NCBI GenBank assembly: GCA_963734495.1
Contig: CAVTHK010000001.1
Span: forward strand, 512,001-576,000
DNA length: 64,000 bases
Reading direction: 5' to 3'
DNA from: an uncultured Spirochaetota bacterium
Lineage (GTDB): Bacteria; Spirochaetota; Spirochaetia; SZUA-6; CAVTHK01
Below are positions 58,736 through 64,000 of this stretch, in pieces. The notes beneath the pieces are model-generated. The model had not been told where the DNA came from. It saw nothing but the letters and a program-made list of their open reading frames with translations, and ran no database searches. The position numbers were made by a program, and so were the translations under genes. Positions within the stretch are counted from its first letter, which is position 1. The number at the start of each line of letters is the position of its first letter.

Positions 58736-59977
58736 ATGAGCAGGTACTGGATAGGCACACAGATATTCCTCGGACAGGCGGAACGCGCGGAGCTCACGAA
58801 GACCTCGGTTCGCGACGCGGTGCGCAGGGCCAGGGAGCTCGCGGGGCTGGACGGGCTCATCATCGCGGCGGGGTCCCACCCGGCGCAGACGGCGGACATC
58901 GCCGCAGAGGCGCGCGCCTGCGGGGTGGAGAGCTATCTCTGGTTCCCGGTCCTCGCCGATGTGCCGGGCGTTCCGGCCCGCGCGGAGGACCTGGTGGTCT
59001 GCGCGGACGGCGCCCGCGGCAACGGGCGAAGCGGGGCGTGGGAAGGGCTCGCGGGAGGAGACGAGGAGTTCGCATTCTCCTGCCCGAACAACGCCGCGTC
59101 CGTGGACCGCGCCTTCGAGGCATACACCCGGCTCATCGATCGGACCGGCGTCACTGGAGTGATGCTGGACCGCATCCGCTTCCCGTCGCCGGCCAACGGT
59201 TTCGAGGCCCTCTTTACGTGCTTCTGCGGCTTCTGCGCTGCCCGGTATCAAGCGGAGACCGGGCGCCCGCTGGGGCGGGAACGCGAGCGCGCCACGGGCT
59301 TTCTGTCGCGCCTCGCGACGCTCACGGCGTCGAGCCTCGGCGCGGAGTGGAGCGAGATCGACGACCTCTGGACAGCGGCCGGCCTGACCGACCTCGCCCG
59401 CTTCCGCCGGCGGTCCGTGGTGGATGCCGTCCGCCGGTTTGCGCAAGCCGCGCGCTCACGCGGCCTCAAAGTCGGGCTCGACCTCTTCTCGCCTTCCATG
59501 GCGGGACTCGTGAGCCAGGACTACCGCGCGCTCGCGGGCCTCGCGGACTGGATCAAGCCGATGATCTACCGGCTTGCCGCGGGTCCGGCCGGCCTTCCCC
59601 TCGAGCTTGCCAGCCTGACGCGGGCGCTGTCGGCCCTCTGCCTGGGGCTGGGGGATGCCGGGGCGTGCAGGCTGGTCGGCGCTGCCACGGGCTGGGACAT
59701 CCCCGAAAGCTCCGCCGAGCTCCTCGCACACGGCCTGCCCGAGAGCGTCATCGCCTCCGAGCTGGGCCGCATCCGCTCGCTGGGCCTTTCCGGAACAGCC
59801 GTGTACGCGGGGATAGAGGCCGTGAGCATTCCCGCTTTCCACATCGACGTCACGCGAGAGGTGCTCGAGCGGTCGCTCTCCTGCCTGGGCGAGCCCGCCA
59901 CCGGGCTCATCGCGTCGTGGAACCTCCTGCGCATCCCGGAGGAAAACCTGCGCCTGATCGGCGCGCTCAACGCCTGA
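58736..59977 (+). CDS. Hypothetical glycoside-hydrolase-like (TIM-barrel) protein
   Basis: FSCPNN, GVMLDRIRF, CFCGFC, SQDY..L..LADWIKPMIY resemble GHL-type families. Confidence 0.55.
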   Translation: MSRYWIGTQIFLGQAERAELTKTSVRDAVRRARELAGLDGLIIAAGSHPAQTADIAAEARACGVESYLWFPVLADVPGVPARAEDLVVCADGARGNGRSGAWEGLAGGDEEFAFSCPNNAASVDRAFEAYTRLIDRTGVTGVMLDRIRFPSPANGFEALFTCFCGFCAARYQAETGRPLGRERERATGFLSRLATLTASSLGAEWSEIDDLWTAAGLTDLARFRRRSVVDAVRRFAQAARSRGLKVGLDLFSPSMAGLVSQDYRALAGLADWIKPMIYRLAAGPAGLPLELASLTRALSALCLGLGDAGACRLVGAATGWDIPESSAELLAHGLPESVIASELGRIRSLGLSGTAVYAGIEAVSIPAFHIDVTREVLERSLSCLGEPATGLIASWNLLRIPEENLRLIGALNA

Positions 59978-59999
59978 CGCCTTCGCCGCGCGCAGCCGG

Positions 60000-62978
<2,979 letters not shown>

Positions 62979-63010
62979 AGAGCGGGCCGCTCCGGGTCGA
63001 CGGCAGGGAG

Positions 63011-63094
63011 TGCCGACGAAGGGACTCGAACCCTTACGGCCTTGCGGCCGCCAGATTTTGAGTCTGACACGTCTACCAGTTTCGTCACGTCGGC
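63011..63094 (-). tRNA. tRNA-Leu (anticodon CAA)
   Basis: GCCGACG acceptor stem, D-loop TGGTAGAC, anticodon loop CT-CAA-AA, long variable arm, GGTTCGAGTCC. CCA not encoded. Promoter TTGACA-N18-TACCGT at 63133-63104. Confidence 0.95.
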
Positions 63095-63234
63095 GTGATT
63101 CTCACGGTAGCGGGAGTCCCCTGCCGCTGTCAACGCGCGCGGTCAGTGCGGTCAATGCGCGGGCTCTCCGCTGGGGCTGCGCCGCTCCGCGGGAACCGCT
63201 CGGCCGGGCGGGGCGGCGCAGACACCGCCCCGTC

Positions 63235-63924
63235 TCACGCGGGCCCGATCACCGTCCCGACGAACGGCTCGCTGCGCAGAATCTTCGCGAAGTTGGGGAG
63301 GTCGGCGCCCGAAGCGAAGACGACCCGGATGCGCGCCGCTGCGGCGCGGCGGGCGGCGACGGGGTCGAAGGGGCTGTTCTTGCCGGGCGTCCACTCGTCG
63401 CCGACGATCGCCCGGAAGGCGGTCCACGACACCCGCTCGAGCGGCCGCGCCGAGGGGTCGATCTTGGGATCCGCGGTGTACACTTGGGCGATGTTCGAGA
63501 GGTTGATGAGGTCGGCTGCCGCGAACCTCTCGGCGAGGATGACGGCGTCGTTGTCGGTGGAGAAGCCGGGCTTCCATCCGGCGCCCACGAGCACGCGGCC
63601 GCGGAACGAATCGACCGCGCTCGGGTCGGTGACGACGGCGTCCTCGCACCAGCGGGCGAGGAGCTGCCGCACCAGCTCGGCGTTGACGCGGGTGGCGGCC
63701 ACGCCGATCCAGTCCTGCGCGTCCACCGAAGGGGAAGGGGCGATGTCGCGGTAGGCCTTCTGGTACGACCGCGCGAGCATCCCGCCGCCGCAGACGACCA
63801 CGGCGCGGTTCGACGCGTCGCGGCCGACGTAGTCATCCACGACCCGCACGAACCCGCGGACGAATGCCGTGTCCACCCCGTCCGGGGCGATCAGCGAGCC
63901 GCCCACCGAGATGACTGTGGTCAC
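63235..63924 (-). CDS. pyrH: UMP kinase (archaeal/spirochaete type)
   Basis: VISVGGSLI, VCGGG, DWIGVAATRVNA, PGFSTD, VYTADPK, PFDPVAA. Confidence 0.9.
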   Translation of the reverse strand: MTTVISVGGSLIAPDGVDTAFVRGFVRVVDDYVGRDASNRAVVVCGGGMLARSYQKAYRDIAPSPSVDAQDWIGVAATRVNAELVRQLLARWCEDAVVTDPSAVDSFRGRVLVGAGWKPGFSTDNDAVILAERFAAADLINLSNIAQVYTADPKIDPSARPLERVSWTAFRAIVGDEWTPGKNSPFDPVAARRAAAARIRVVFASGADLPNFAKILRSEPFVGTVIGPA

Positions 63925-64000
63925 GGCGAGATGATAGCCGAACGCCGGCGCGAGGCACAAGGAGGGCGCGGCAGCGGGCGGAATGATCCGCGCGCGCCAC

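Noticed and set aside
63011-63094. tRNA-Leu as an integration site for a genomic island
   Set aside because: No integrase, no duplicated tRNA 3' end noticed and no compositional shift nearby.

Overview
High-GC (roughly 70% by eye) bacterial core-genome segment, most likely an uncultured Spirochaetota-like organism. That taxonomic call is inference from the archaeal-type PyrH, the MraY variant, the TbpA-type thiamine ABC system and the REC-PilZ protein. It holds about 55 protein genes: RND efflux, an ECF sigma factor, a STAND-LuxR regulator, GH38/GH4 and sugar ABC, corA, glnA, argA, mraY, MATE, ubiB-like kinase, fabK-like, a TPP riboswitch with thiamine ABC, long nagB, thyA/folA, cyclic-nucleotide signalling genes, fabHDGF, EndoQ-UvrD and pyrH, plus one tRNA-Leu(CAA). 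I see no prophage, transposase, integrase or CRISPR array. Many genes, mostly between 1 and 41 kb, carry clustered single-base frameshifts, most likely uncorrected long-read indels. Most notable: (1) a promoter- and terminator-bounded candidate small RNA at ~26.5 kb built from three hairpins, each displaying the same anti-Shine-Dalgarno loop ACCUCCUUU; (2) an orphan Hcp (T6SS tube) domain fused to a Sec signal peptide, coiled coil and collagen-like repeat; (3) a cNMP-REC-PilZ protein between a cNMP-domain metallo-hydrolase and an HD-GYP protein; (4) a DHFR-Nudix fusion; (5) an ECF29-like sigma factor with two matching promoters on its neighbours; (6) widespread apparently leaderless genes. All calls were made by reading the sequence; no database searches were run.
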